This document shows, one piece after another, positions 29,912-43,336 of a stretch of 64,000 nt of DNA (the stretch's first letter is position 1; each line of letters begins with the position of its first letter). The position numbers and the translations under genes are program-made. This stretch comes from Octopus vulgaris (Eukaryota): assembly GCA_951406725.2 (NCBI GenBank), contig OX597825.1, positions 85,436,001 through 85,500,000 of the forward strand, given 5' to 3'. A model generated the notes under the pieces. It saw nothing but the letters and a program-made list of their open reading frames with translations, was not told the origin of the DNA and searched no databases.

Positions 29912-30872
29912 CTATAAAACTGGTTTGCGTTGATAATCTGACCATTCTAACAGTTATTTAAAGTTTCATGGTTGTGTGGTTCTCACTCTCTGAATTTTAG
30001 ATCCTCGGTGCGGATTCCCACCGTTTGCTTTCTGTATTTTTGTTGGAAGCATATAGTGTGCTTTATAGACGTCATGTTACGAGCTGTGAACGCGAGTGAA
30101 GCGGGGAAACAGAGATGAGGAGCCGTGCGTAGAGGCCCGCCCTTCTTTTCTCACTGGAAGCCGGTGTCGGAATTGTTCCAGAGGGGACGACGAGTGAAGA
30201 AAGACCTTGTTGAGCAGACGCTCGTCTTGCTGTGTAATTTTCTGCTTCTTTCTCCTGCGGTTAAGGCAAGGACGGATTGTTCTCTCCTTGGTTTGCCTAA
30301 TTCTCGCCGAAATAGATACGACTGCCCTCCCGCCCGAGTCTTCTGACATGAAGAAAAACTGGACAACGGAAAATTAAGTGTCTGATTATTACACTCTGCA
30401 CTGATTTAATTATCACAAATTGATGACAGTCTCGTGTCTAACATTGTATTTTTGGTTCTTGCATTCGGCGACTAATCATTGATTATGGCCAGCTAAAATC
30501 TCAGCTTCCGTTTTTGTCTCTATTCCTGGAGGAGCTATTTAGCTATTGTTGTCTTTCATATTGGTGGTTCGCCATCTTAACATACATACATACATACATA
30601 CATACATATGTATATGTATATATATATATATATACATATGTACATATATATATACACACACATATATATATAGGGACATATATATATATATACATATACA
30701 CACACATATATATATATTGTATATACATATATATCATATATATATATATATAAATTATATATATATATGTAGTAAGATACACGCATACATACATATATAT
30801 ATATACATACATACATACACACACATATGTATATATTTACCATCACATATACACATTTATATTCTCTTCATG

Positions 30873-30908
<36 letters not shown>

Positions 30909-31063
30909 CGTGTGTGTCAGTCTGTGTGTGTGTGTGTGTGTGAGCCGAGAAAATGAATATTTCTGTACTTTTGCTTCATGATAATTTACTCTTATCATTT
31001 TTTCTTCCCCTTTTTCCTTCTCCTCCTCCCCTTCTTCTTCTTCTTCTTCTTCTTCTTCTTCTT

Positions 31064-31132
<69 letters not shown>

Positions 31133-31904
31133 ACCCCCTCCTACATCTTTATTTACCTCATTCTACTCGCCTGAATCATCTCTTACCAAAACAGTCCACA
31201 ATAGTCTAACCGCCACCACCACCACCACCAGTATCATCATCATCATGAACACCAGCACCATCGTTACCATCACCACCAACACCACTCCTATACCGTCGCA
31301 GCCACCATCACCCCCTCTCTCCATCACACACACACACACACTACATGTGAGTTAACCAATCTACCAATACTAAACAACCCATAATACGAAATGTGTTCTC
31401 AATGTGAGAACAGTCTAGAAATTTAATTAAACTCCATTCGACATTTTTCTTGCAGCCATTTCAAACATTAACTTGCGAAATCGTTGATCGTCTGCTTTAA
31501 TGAAACAAGAAATCAACTCCAGTTTTGTTGAGTGTTTTGTTGTTTTACTTTATATTTCTTCTTCTTCTTGTCATTCTGGTTCTGGTTCCGTTCTTAGACT
31601 TCTGGTATTCCTATTGTAGCATTAGATGCTTCCATTCCGTCTTCATCTTCTTTCTTCTGCGTTCTTCTATGTCCCGTATGTTTATTTTATTCCACCACCA
31701 CCACCACCACCACCAACACCACCAACACCACCACCACCTACAAAAGTTTACACCCGCCACCTCCCCCACCAACGACACCCCTCCTTCTGCGGCCCCCCTT
31801 TATCAGTTTCAACCTAAACATCATTTGGTAAGGTAAACTTCTTATTTGTTCGCTAAACCAATTTTGTCCTCAACTTCAATAATAATGATGATGATTATGA
31901 TTTC

Positions 31905-32063
31905 AAATTTTGGCAAAAGGCTAGTAATTCTGGGGGAGGTGTAGGTCGATTACAACGACCCCAGTACACAACTGGTACTTATTTTTGTCGACCTCGAAAG
32001 GATGAAAGGCAAAGTCGACATCGGCGGAATTTGAACTCAGAACATAAGATCGAATGAAATACC
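31905..32063 (-). mobile_element. SINE family B, head-truncated
   Basis: AACTGGTACTTATTTTTGTCGACCTCGAAAGGATGAAAGGCAAAGTCGAC..GAATTTGAACTCAGAAC. Confidence 0.85.
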
Positions 32064-32134
32064 TTAGTTCACTGGTAGTAAACAGTTGGAACCGTAGTAC
32101 ATCTCCAGCGTTAGAAGCTGTACAAACGCAATAA

Positions 32135-32197
<63 letters not shown>

Positions 32198-32200
32198 TTA

Positions 32201-32247
<47 letters not shown>

Positions 32248-32597
32248 TTCATTTATCGCAGGAGCATCAGATGAGGGGAAGACTAATAATAGTTTTAGAA
32301 TTAGTCATAAGGCAAGCATTTTTGAGGGAATGTGTTAGTCGGTTCCACCATCATCAGTACTTTATCGATCCCGGAGGAACGCAATGCACGACTGATTTCC
32401 ACCCATTTTTCTTTCTTAGCCACATCGGCTCCAAGTGATACAGAAACTAGAAAATTTCAACAAAAGGGCTGCAGAGCAAAGGTGAAATATGAAAGACAAA
32501 TTTACAAGAACAGGATGAAAAACGGTATCCAATACAAGAGGGGACGAACTAAAAATTTAAAATAACATTTTAAATACAGAAATAAACAAAATACAAT

Positions 32598-32725
32598 CAG
32601 TCATTTCGTCTGTTTCATGTTCAATACGTCAATATCCGGACGATGGTGTTCGATTATACGATCCGTCTGAAAATCATAGTCTCAAAGTATCGTTTCTTTT
32701 CCATCCTCCGGCATAACTTTACTTG

Positions 32726-32727
<2 letters not shown>
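32598..32727 (-). mobile_element. Internal R4/Dong-like RLE fragment
   Basis: PSKVMPEDGKETIL*DYDFQTDRIIEHHRPDIDVLN aligns with PEKVTENEKATILWDMPIHTDRKIKANRPDIVVRD. Its 5' end abuts (TAA)n. Confidence 0.8.
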
Positions 32728-32766
<39 letters not shown>

Positions 32767-33209
32767 GAGTGAGAGAGCAGTTCATGCCATCAAAGTGACA
32801 CTGGGGTAAAATATACGAAGCCCAATATACCCATCATGACTACCCGTCTGATAAAGGTACACCAGGCACATGCATCACAACCATATGTGCGCGACATGGT
32901 GATCTCATATCAAGATAAACAGCACATGACCTTGCAGGTGGAGCCCAGTTAGAATTTTCTTCAGGTTGAGTAGCCCATCCCGCTCAAACGGTCCCTGAAT
33001 AAGGGTTGTTTAAGGATGTTGAAAGAACCACCCATGTTTCCAGAGGTGAACTATTCAAACCCCAAAGAATTCCTCTCAACACATGGCTATGATGCTCCCC
33101 CACTACTTCTGCTCGTGATCAGAGATGCACATATCGTCAGCCACTAAGGGACATGCTCAACTGGTTAAGGTCAAACAACTGACAAGCAAATCTGTGGTAT
33201 TGAGCAGAA

Positions 33210-33211
<2 letters not shown>
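32767..33211 (-). mobile_element. About 445 bp non-coding insertion within (TAA)n (non-autonomous retroelement or long LINE 3' UTR)
   Basis: Balanced-composition block with sharp edges, (TTA)n on both sides and no recognisable ORF. Strand is inferred from the (AAT)n tail polarity. Confidence 0.6.
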
Positions 33212-33252
<41 letters not shown>

Positions 33253-34149
33253 GATTATTATTATTATTATCATTATTATTATTATAAACGTGGCATAAAT
33301 GTGAATCTGAATGAGAATATACTTTTTTTGTCTTTTAAATTTATTTATCTTCAACATAATTTTCTTTTTTGTCAGACTTTAAAACAACTTATTGCGGTAG
33401 AAATAAACTGGACTTGGGTTTTTTTTTTGTCTTTTGTTTTTGTGTTTATGTATTTAAGACAGAGAATATAAAATATTCTGTTGAAGGTATGTTGAAAATT
33501 GAGGAGAAGTCGAGAAGTTTGCTTATAAAAGACAAAAATTTATCACGAGAAGAAAAACCGAAGAATCATCGATGATGGCATAAAACAAAACGGATTTATA
33601 ATAAAGAGACGAGACAGAAATTAAAAGAGAGAGAAATATTTTTTTTTAAATCATAACCATTATTCTTACCGTTTTTTGTATATCTGAATAAGATTTATCT
33701 GAAAGTTAAGGATAATTCGTTGGATGTCCATCGCTTTCTCAACTAATCTTCAAACGATTGCTTTATCTTCTGTAGAATTTAGAGAAATTGTGAGTGGAAT
33801 TATAATGGCCACAAGCAATGGAATTGTGTGCTGCTCAAAGTTATGCATTGAAATGCTTTTATTATGAAGAATTGATTGAACTGATAACGTTTTTGAACCA
33901 ATGTTTTGGAATGACAGAATTTATATTAGCCATTTGTTTCAAAAGATGTCAGTTCATATTTCACTTCGGGTATCGCGTTGTTGTAGCAAATTTACTCTAA
34001 ACTACAGCAAAGCGAAAAAAAAAATAATAATAAAACCGCGAGAAGTATTATTTAGATAATGAAACACATTGAGACAATTACTCGAATTGTTATTATCAAA
34101 GGTGTCTATGAAGGGGTGATTATTTATTATTATTGCCATTATTGTAAAA

Positions 34150-34370
34150 GTTGGTGAGCTGACAGAACCGTTAACAGGCCGGGCGAAATGCTTCGCGGCA
34201 TTTCGTCCGTCTTTGTGCTCTGAGCTCAAATTCCACCGAGGTCGATTTGCCTCTCATCCTTTCGGGGTCGATAACATAAGTACCTCTCGAGTACTAGGAT
34301 CGATGTAATAGACTCATGCTTCATCGCCCAGAATTTCAGGCGGCCTTGTGCCTAAATTAGAAAGGATTAT
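34150..34370 (+). mobile_element. SINE family B
   Basis: GAGCTGACAGAACCGTTAAC..GAAATGCTTCGCGGCATTTCG..CAAATTCCACCGAGGTCGA..GTGCCTAAATTAGAAAGG. Confidence 0.82.
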
Positions 34371-34437
34371 TATTAGGTAGGTGAGTTGACAGAAGTGTTA
34401 ACAGGCAGGGCAAAATGCACATATATGCATGTGTATA

Positions 34438-34820
34438 TCTCTCTCTATATAAACGGCAGTTTGTCTGTGCGTGTTTCTGTGTGTCTGTTTGCTTGTACCC
34501 TCATCCTCACCACGGCTTTCAACCGATTCTGATGAAACTTGACACACACATAGCCCAATGTCATAATTCAAAACTAACGCAGCGAAAATTTTGATAAGTT
34601 CCCCCAGTTCTGAAAAAATCGATAAATTCGACATGGGGTCGAGAATCAGGAACACAAACCACAAACTATGTAGGGGACGCAACTCCACCTTTTTTAACTA
34701 TCAAAAAAAAAATTACCATCATTTTTTTCCATTTTTTTGCTATTTTTTGGCTATAACTCTCTAAAAATGCTTTATAGTTATTTCCCTTACAAACCTGAGC
34801 AACGCCGGGCGATACTGCTA

Positions 34821-34821
<1 letters not shown>
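34438..34821 (+). mobile_element. Non-autonomous Helitron-like element
   Basis: A|TCTCTCTCTATATAAACGGCAG ... CCTGAGCAACGCCGGGCGATACTGCTAG|T; 3' end shared with 20731-21119. Confidence 0.87.
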
Positions 34822-34874
<53 letters not shown>

Positions 34875-34876
<2 letters not shown>

Positions 34877-35275
34877 TCTTTTATTCCTTTATTCGTTTTA
34901 CTCATTTGACTGTGGCCAGACTCGAGCAACACTTTTAATCGAACAAATCGACCCTAGGACTTATTTTTTGTAAGTCTAGTACTTATTCTATCAGTCTCTT
35001 TTGCCGAAACGCTAAGTTACGGGACGTAAATACACCAACATCGGTTGTCAAGCAATGGTTGGGGGACAAACATAGACACACAAGCATATATATATACATA
35101 CATACATATATATACGACAGGCTTCTTTCAGTTTCCGCCTACCAAATCCACCCATAAGGCTTTGGTCAGTCTGAAGCTATAGTAGAAGACACTTGCCCAA
35201 GATGCCACGCAGTGGGACTGAACCCTGAACCATATAGCTGGTAAGTAAACTACTTACCATACAGTCACCACAGCG

Positions 35276-35278
<3 letters not shown>
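34875..35278 (-). mobile_element. SINE family A, near full length
   Basis: Colinear with 5680-6178. Confidence 0.87.
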
Positions 35279-35335
<57 letters not shown>

Positions 35336-35503
35336 CGTATGTATATATGTATATATATATGCGACGGCTCTGCCAAATGACAGCCTTTGTAAAAACCAAA
35401 TGAAGTTTAGGAACCCCGAAGTTAAACTACTTCTGAAAGTTTGTGCTTTTGTGCTTCTTTTAGAAAACGCTGGTACTACAAAAACAACAACTTGTAGTAG
35501 TGA

Positions 35504-35561
<58 letters not shown>

Positions 35562-36273
35562 TGCTGTTTTTGTTGTATGAATACCAACTCATTTTCTTTC
35601 TGTTTTGTCACTCTGATACGGCGTCTCTTCTCGTCTCTGCTTCAATTTAGAAAAGAAATTCGTTCGCAGATTTAATTATAGTTAAAATGAGAACTCGATA
35701 TCCTACGGTTGGGTACAGCCACAGCAATACCAACATCAACACTAATACCAGTAATGATTTTTTTAATACCTTTGCGTTCTCATCTCAATTTACACACACA
35801 CACACACAACAACAAAAAAACACAAACCCTCACTCAAAAACGCACACGTACACGCAGATAACGGCGCACACATACCCAGACGCACACAATCACGCATGCG
35901 CAGAGAGAGAAAACAAACTTATTCAATCATAGCTCGTGCCTGTCTTTAATTTAAAAAGACACAATGTCTTTGGTTAGAAGCCATTCCGCAATGAAATATC
36001 TTTTCTAAATCTATTTAATGTAATATGAACAAACGTATTCTTCCTGACAAATTGTGTTTTATTGTCCTAGCAGCATCCAGCCAACTGCTATTGTAAAATT
36101 CAACAATAAAAACCGTTCCTGGAACATTTAGCATGAAATCAGATCAACTAGAAGAATGGTAAGGTCAAGTCTTAGAGTTCTGTTTATTCAGACAGAAGCC
36201 TTCCATTCCACGTCCCTACCCGCTCCTGCCTCTCCAGTTATCTCTGCGACAACAACAACAGCTACTACTACTG

Positions 36274-36328
<55 letters not shown>

Positions 36329-36434
36329 CTTAAGACTTCATTGCAAAAAGAACAACAAAATCGTTATTTTTGGTGTCTTAGTTCTTATCAACATCAATAT
36401 TAGTTTGAAGAGCACACACACACACACACACACT

Positions 36435-36465
<31 letters not shown>

Positions 36466-39061
36466 ACACACACACACACATAACCGCATGTATACACACT
36501 CATATATACCTGCACAAACACACGTTTATTCATGTAAATACGCACATGCACTCACACATACTCCCACATTCAAGCAAGTGGGAGTATACAAAGTCATTTT
36601 AACCTGCTAGAAATAGCAACCAAATCTTCAAACCAAACATAAATACACGAACACAGCTGCACCTATGTGTGTCTACGTGTGTGTGCGTGCGTGCTTGTTG
36701 CGTGTGTATGTGCGCGCGCGTATATGTGTACGCATGTGTGTGTCTGTGTCTATATATTTATATATATATGCGCATATATACGCATATATGTAGATATATG
36801 CGTACATATATACATATATCTGTATATATGCATACACATATACATATATATCTGTATTTATATATGTATATATATGTGTGTGTGTGCGTGTGAGTGTATG
36901 TATATATGTGTGTATATATATATATTTGTTATATATATATATATATATATGCCATTTTCTACAAGATGTACTAAATGTTGGTATTTTCAGTCAGTCAGAG
37001 CATACTCGATGTTTCCATCAGTCAGCCATTTTCAACAAAAATAGCTACCCTTATAAAAGATTTTCCAACACCCTTTTACAACGATTCTATTCCCTCTTAT
37101 TATAAGCACAATAATATTAAACACCGGAATAATTTAGTTCCGGGCATTAGGTTGATACTGGTGACTACAAATCGAAGATTCAACCTAATATAAGCGATTA
37201 TTTGATGCTCCTGTACTGTAATTTTACCAAATGAGTTTTGGTGTTAGATTTTGTTACGCTTCTTCTCTTTTCTGAAACATGGAGCTAAATAACATTACTG
37301 AAGTTGCTTTCTCAATGAGATTATTTGAACTGAAAATAGCAAGTTTATAATATGGTCGAGAGAAAAGTTAGGGAGTACCATCAAAATGGTACTCCTCAAA
37401 TGATCGCCTGATCTGTTAGAAATAAGAGGCAAGTCTCGTTCAACTCTCTCTCTCTCTTTTGACTTAAAACAGAAAGATCCATTAGATAATGCAGTTTTCT
37501 ATACATACATACATACATACATACATACATACATACATACATACATACATACGTGCGTACATACATACATACATACATACATACATACGTACGTACATAC
37601 ATACATACATACATACATACATTCATTCATACATACAAACATACATACATACGTACATACATACATACATACATACATACATACATACATACATACACAT
37701 GTATATACATACATACATACATACATGAATATAGATAGAGCGAGAATCCGTGGGAAGTCATTGATGATAGGTCTGTTCCACTAAGAGTGTCCTGAGGCTA
37801 AACAACCAGCACAACATTGTTATGGCTACTAATTTGCTGATGACCGAAAAGGAAATAATTATTATGCGCCATTGATTGGTAGGACAGTTTCTGTAATATA
37901 TCTTCAGGCAAGAACATCTTGTAATATCAGATGCAGCGTGTCGTGTATCTGAGGGAAACCTGGGGAGAAATTATATCTAATATGATACATACATACAAAC
38001 ACACACACCACACACGTACACACTTATGTACACACACGTGCATGTAAGTATTATGTATGTACGGATCTATGTATGACAGTATTTATATACTAGATATTAT
38101 GCATACATATATGAATATATATGCGTATATGTGTATATATATATGCATGTATATTGAAAGTATATATAATAAATATGCGTGTTATATGTGTGTATAGACG
38201 CACATACGCAAACACGTTTAGGTTTGCTGTAACAAACGGGAGAAATACATAAGAGTATATTTGAAGCCGATTAAAAATATACATACATTTATACACACAC
38301 ACACATAATGTTCATGTAAATGTGTTATTATTCTAAGAGGTAGACCAGAATAAATTTCCTTTCGTCGTGAAATGAAAGGATGATTAATGAAAACGAAAAT
38401 ATAGGAATGGAAGAAATAAATGAAGAATTGTGTTGGAGAATATACTACGACTCTGCAGCTGTATTTTAGTCGGAGAGAAACGGTTGGAATATAAGAAGTT
38501 CGTAGTTTGAGGGAATATATTTTATAATTATTCTGTGCAATAGAACTAATAAATGTCCATTCTTTGTCATTGAAAAATTGAAAAGAATATAAAAATTCTG
38601 AAAAAAGAAATCTATGAAAGAATAAGATGCAAAATTGAAAGGAATTGAAAACTAATTAAGGGATTTTCACTTTTAAGAACCAAAATTATAACAAGTTAAA
38701 TAATTTTCTAAAAATAAAGAAGCTATTTTATAGAATTCGGGTTTTTGAAATATTTCTATTCTTTGGTTTACATGAGAAAAAAAATGATTTTTTTTAATGA
38801 TTTATAAGTCAAGGCTCGCCCTACCAAAAATTTAACTCGAATCGCAAAAGTGATATCATCTAAATTTGAACTGCTACAAATAACCGAAATATATTTTCTA
38901 CTTCATGTTCTGTTCAAAATATTTCACAATTAAGGGTTTTGTTATTGTCTTATGTTAGAAATAGAAGAACGGTTGATTGACCGAAACCAGTTGAGGGCTG
39001 CCAGAATCTCTAAGTAGAATTGTGTTTCATAGGTTTACTGAGTTCGAAACCCGCTAATGAC

Positions 39062-39170
39062 GTCTTAGGAGTTTTCGCTCAATAAACACTCGCATCGCCC
39101 GATCTGGGAATCGAAACCGCGATCCTACGACCACGTGTCCGCTGCCCTAACCACTGGATCTTTGCGCCTC
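39062..39170 (-). mobile_element. tRNA-derived SINE head, related to family C
   Basis: Minus strand GAGGCGCAAAGATCCAGTGGTTAGGGCAGCGG..GCGGTTTCGATTCCCAG, then TTGAGCGAAAAC; no tRNA acceptor stem closes. Confidence 0.7.
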
Positions 39171-39569
39171 CATATATACATATATATATGTGTATGTGTG
39201 TGTATATATACACACACACATACACACATAATAACCGCTCACACTATTTCTCGTTCTCTCATTCTCCCTCACTTACCCTCTCTCTCTCTTCTAACCTATT
39301 TTCCCTCTTTCTTTCTAGCAGACTCACACGCATACACATACATAAACACGCATGCAATTGACGCTACACGAGAATAAGTGTTCCAGATGAAAGAACGGAT
39401 CAATCTTTCGTATATCAGGTACTGACCTCTCTCAGAGTTCTAAGGAACCAGATTATCAGAGAACCAAAGGCGGAACTGCAGAAAGAATAAATTCTTCACC
39501 AATCTCCTTTTGTTCTTTGTATTATTTTTTAGATTTTTTTAATATCTTTTGAGTTGGAATCACTTTGTG

Positions 39570-39750
39570 TTGTTATTGATTGCCAGGGGTCAACGATCAT
39601 TTTGGTTGCGATTGATTAATCCTGCCGTGACCATTCCGTCTTTTATTCAAACATAATGTGTCTAGGGTTACATTGTCCAATGTCTCCTATCTTATTTTCT
39701 TTTACGTGATAGAAAATTAGTGGAGGTATAATTGGCTGCTATTTATAGCA
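39570..39750. repeat. Representative copy of an old, abundant dispersed repeat
   Basis: Motif series TTGTT..CCAGG..GACCAT(T/C)CCGTCTTTT..ACATT.TCCAATGT..TTGGCTGCTATTT.TAGCA recurs, degraded, near 14590, 27760, 44870, 47240, 52340, 61500 and 62830. Confidence 0.6.
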
Positions 39751-40014
39751 TTCTTGCCAGTAGTCTTGGCCACTAGCCAATTGCTTAGTTTCTTTTGGAA
39801 ATAGCAGGCATCACGCACCTCACTCTGGATGTAATCAAAGAATTTCAGCGTAAAATTAATTGAAAAACTGATTCACAGACTTAAAAGAAAATTATTTTAA
39901 AAATAAAAACAAATACAATAATAATAAAATAACAATGAACTAGAAATAGAAGCAAATATTTCTTTGGAAAGAGCTGATTCTTGTTCAACTTTGGTTTGAG
40001 AAATGGCACTGTTT

Positions 40015-40290
40015 CCTTTATTGGGCAAAGTCTTTCTAGGCTTATGCCACTTGCTCTAGACCCGTGCTTCTCATCACAATGTTACTCTGGAGTTATTCGA
40101 TGACTACGGTTTTCCTTTACACTACCTTCAGGTCCAACCTGTGGTTTATCTGTCTTTCTGTCTTTCTTGTCACGTGACCCACTGAAGTCCACTTCGACCT
40201 ACTTATGTCTTTGAGAATATCGAAGACACCCGTCTACCTACCCCCTACTCTCAAAGCGCTCTTCTCCTGCCCTTCCATGCTATGTTGATC
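40015..40290 (-). mobile_element. RTE-clade LINE 3' remnant
   Basis: Minus strand TGVFDILKDISRSKWTSVGHVTRKT resembles the RTE KWxWAGHVxR motif; KWHK..DFAQ near the end. Heavily decayed. Confidence 0.55.
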
Positions 40291-40474
40291 ATAAGTCTTT
40301 CGTAATTACGTTGTATCTTTACTTAGTTGCAGATAAACTTTATTTTTATTTTCCCCTCAAATTTCAGGTCTCTAAACTTTATAAACTTCTGTTGGAGTAC
40401 ATCTGTTGCGTATTCTCAGATGAAAATAGCTGAAACGGGAAAATGCAGTAAAATAAACTGAAATATCCCTTTTT

Positions 40475-40865
40475 TTACTCTAAGCACAAGGCCGGAAATT
40501 TTGGGAGAGGGGACCAATCGATTAGATCGAACTCAGTACACAACTGGTACTTAATTTATCGACCTCGAAAGGATGAAAGGCAAAGTCGACCTCGGCAGGA
40601 ATTGAACTCAGAACGTAACGGCAGACGAAATACCTATTTCTTTACTACTCACAAGGGGCTAAACACAGAGGGGACAAACGAGGACAGACAAACGGATAAA
40701 GTCGATTATATCGACCCCAGTGCGCAACTGGTACTTATTTAATCGACCTTGAAAGGATGAAAGGCAAAGTCGACCTCGGCGGAATTTGAACTCAGAACGT
40801 AGCGGCAGACGAAATGCCGCAAAACATTTCGTCCGGCGTGCTAACGTTTCTGCCAGCTCTTCGCC
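40475..40865 (-). mobile_element. Dimeric SINE family B (full monomer plus head-truncated monomer, with different tails)
   Basis: Core AACTGGTACTTA..GAAAGGATGAAAGGCAAAGTCGACCTCGGC..GAACTCAGAACGTA.CGGCAGACGAAAT occurs twice (about 40540-40632 and 40725-40815). Confidence 0.9.
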
Positions 40866-40977
40866 CTCAGTAAAATGAAATATCAACATATTATTATTAA
40901 TCTTTGATCTTGTCAACATTTGATAAAAACGGTTCGAGTTTTAGCCTTCCCTCTACGTTTTGCATCCTCAATCTTTC

Positions 40978-41185
40978 ATCTCTTACACTTGTTTCACTCA
41001 TTAGACTGCGGCCATGCTGGGGCGCCATCTTGAAGAATTTTTTGTCGAATGAATTGACCCCAGGACTTATTTTTTAAAAGCCTAGTTCGTATTCTACCGG
41101 TCTTTTCATGCTGCAGCAATTCATTACGCGGACGTAAACACACCAATACCGGTTAAGTGGTGGTAAGGGACAAACAAAGACACAA
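40978..41185 (-). mobile_element. SINE family A, 3' half
   Basis: GACTGCGGCCATGCTGGGGCGCC..GAAGAATT..GGACGTAAACACACCAATACCGGTT. Confidence 0.8.
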
Positions 41186-41222
<37 letters not shown>

Positions 41223-41508
41223 TAGAGTTTTTCAAAGAATTTGCTTTGCTGCACTCTAAATGGCTGCAGCCTGCGATTGTCTCTGTGGACAATATATAAA
41301 AATAAATAAATATGTAAATTTCTGATGAAACAATAATATACATGGAAACGAATCAGAAGAAAATCAGTCCCTGGAAAAATGAGATGTTTAAATTAGAGAC
41401 AGTGGTTCAAACGGAGAGACCCAAATATGCATTCGGTACTACACAAGCTTTAAGCTATCTTTACACGTTTTCATTCTTTCTCTTTCTCTGTCAGTTTGTC
41501 TGTCTGTT

Positions 41509-41543
<35 letters not shown>

Positions 41544-41764
41544 ACGTAATTGTGTGTGTGTGTGTACGTGTGTGTCAGTGAGTGTTTACATGTATATGTG
41601 TGTAAGTAGGTACGTATGTGTATATATATGTATAATTACAAAATGTATGTACATATGTGTAGTCATGTCTTGATTTCAAACGTAGATTACAACATTTATA
41701 TAACTAAAATTTTCTCTCTCCTTATATACACGCATATTCATATATACACACACATGCACACACA

Positions 41765-41805
<41 letters not shown>

Positions 41806-42170
41806 TTATATATATATATATATATATATAATTTTTTGAAATCAATGATTTTTGTTAAAAACGAGAGAGTATTTTGACATACAGCTCTATGGCTGTAGTT
41901 ATATACATTTTGAACTAAAAACGAAAATATCAACAACAACAAAAAATGAAAAGAAAACCATTAAAGAGAGAAAAAAAAATATTTGTAAAGAGACTACTTT
42001 GTTTATAGAAATTAAGTTTCAGCTCTAATTACTATATTTCTCTTCTGCTTTCGCTTCTAATGTTTTGATTTTTTCAATCTGACGAAGAAAATTAAAGATT
42101 AGCGAAGGCAAGAGAAACACACACACACAGACACATTAATACGTGCATACACATTCATATATGCGTGTAC

Positions 42171-42216
<46 letters not shown>

Positions 42217-42638
42217 GCATACACATTAACAAACTATTAACTATCGTCTGGCATCGCGGTGATAGTTATCATTATTCCTTCATTGCTGGAGAGATCTCGT
42301 CTGCTTTATTCATATAACATCACCACCGCCACCGCCGACATTATCATCGTCGTCGTCGTCGTTGACGTCATCAACAACAATAATCATGACAACAACCACA
42401 CCTTTTAATCATAATAATAATCTACTTATTAAGTATAGGGAGACGAATGAGCAGCATAATGAAAATAATGGCTTCTTCATTAGCCAGGAGGGCGGATAAC
42501 ACAACAATGGAACGTTGACAAATATAAACACCGCATCACACAAATATACTGAGATGCTCAATATATACAAATAATCTAAATCACAAACAGGTGTGTGTGT
42601 GTGTTTGTGTGTGTGAATATACATATACATATATGTAT

Positions 42639-42675
<37 letters not shown>

Positions 42676-42700
42676 CGTATATATATATATATATATATAC

Positions 42701-42737
<37 letters not shown>

Positions 42738-42792
42738 CATAAAACGTACTTGGAAGAGGATGCGTGGTGTTCAATCATATAATAATATAAAT

Positions 42793-42811
42793 AAATTTCT
42801 GTAGTTCCTAT

Positions 42812-42872
<61 letters not shown>

Positions 42873-42877
42873 CATAC

Positions 42878-42920
<43 letters not shown>

Positions 42921-43172
42921 CATACGTATATGTACATACATCTATACGTATATATATATATATTTGAATATGTGGGCACAGGACGTCACGAAACGTGTAC
43001 AACAAAATATACAAAGTACGAATACATGGAATATGAAAAATGGAAAACAACACAAACAACACAAAGTCAAACACATTTGTGTCTTTCGTTGTTCGAAAAA
43101 GCCGTTCATATTCCCTGTACTCGTACTTCGTATTTATTGTTGTAAAAGTTTTGTGACGTCCTGTACCACATA

Positions 43173-43231
<59 letters not shown>

Positions 43232-43270
43232 GTACAGATGTAAGTATGTACATATACGTATATATATATT

Positions 43271-43322
<52 letters not shown>

Positions 43323-43336
43323 AACTACAAACATTT
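42793..43336. repeat. Nested palindrome: outer 16-bp inverted repeats, (TA)n arms and inner 70-bp inverted repeats
   Basis: Inner arms 42968-43037 and 43105-43173; outer AAATTTCTGTAGTTCC / GGAACTACAAACATTT (14 of 16 complementary). Confidence 0.85.

Noticed and set aside
37838-37870. Hammerhead-like CTGATGA..GAAA (also near 53887 and 55147)
   Set aside because: Stems I and II cannot form.
39090-39170. tRNA genes (also at 48482, 22487 and 7210)
   Set aside because: A and B boxes are present but no closed cloverleaf forms, and each continues into a shared SINE body.
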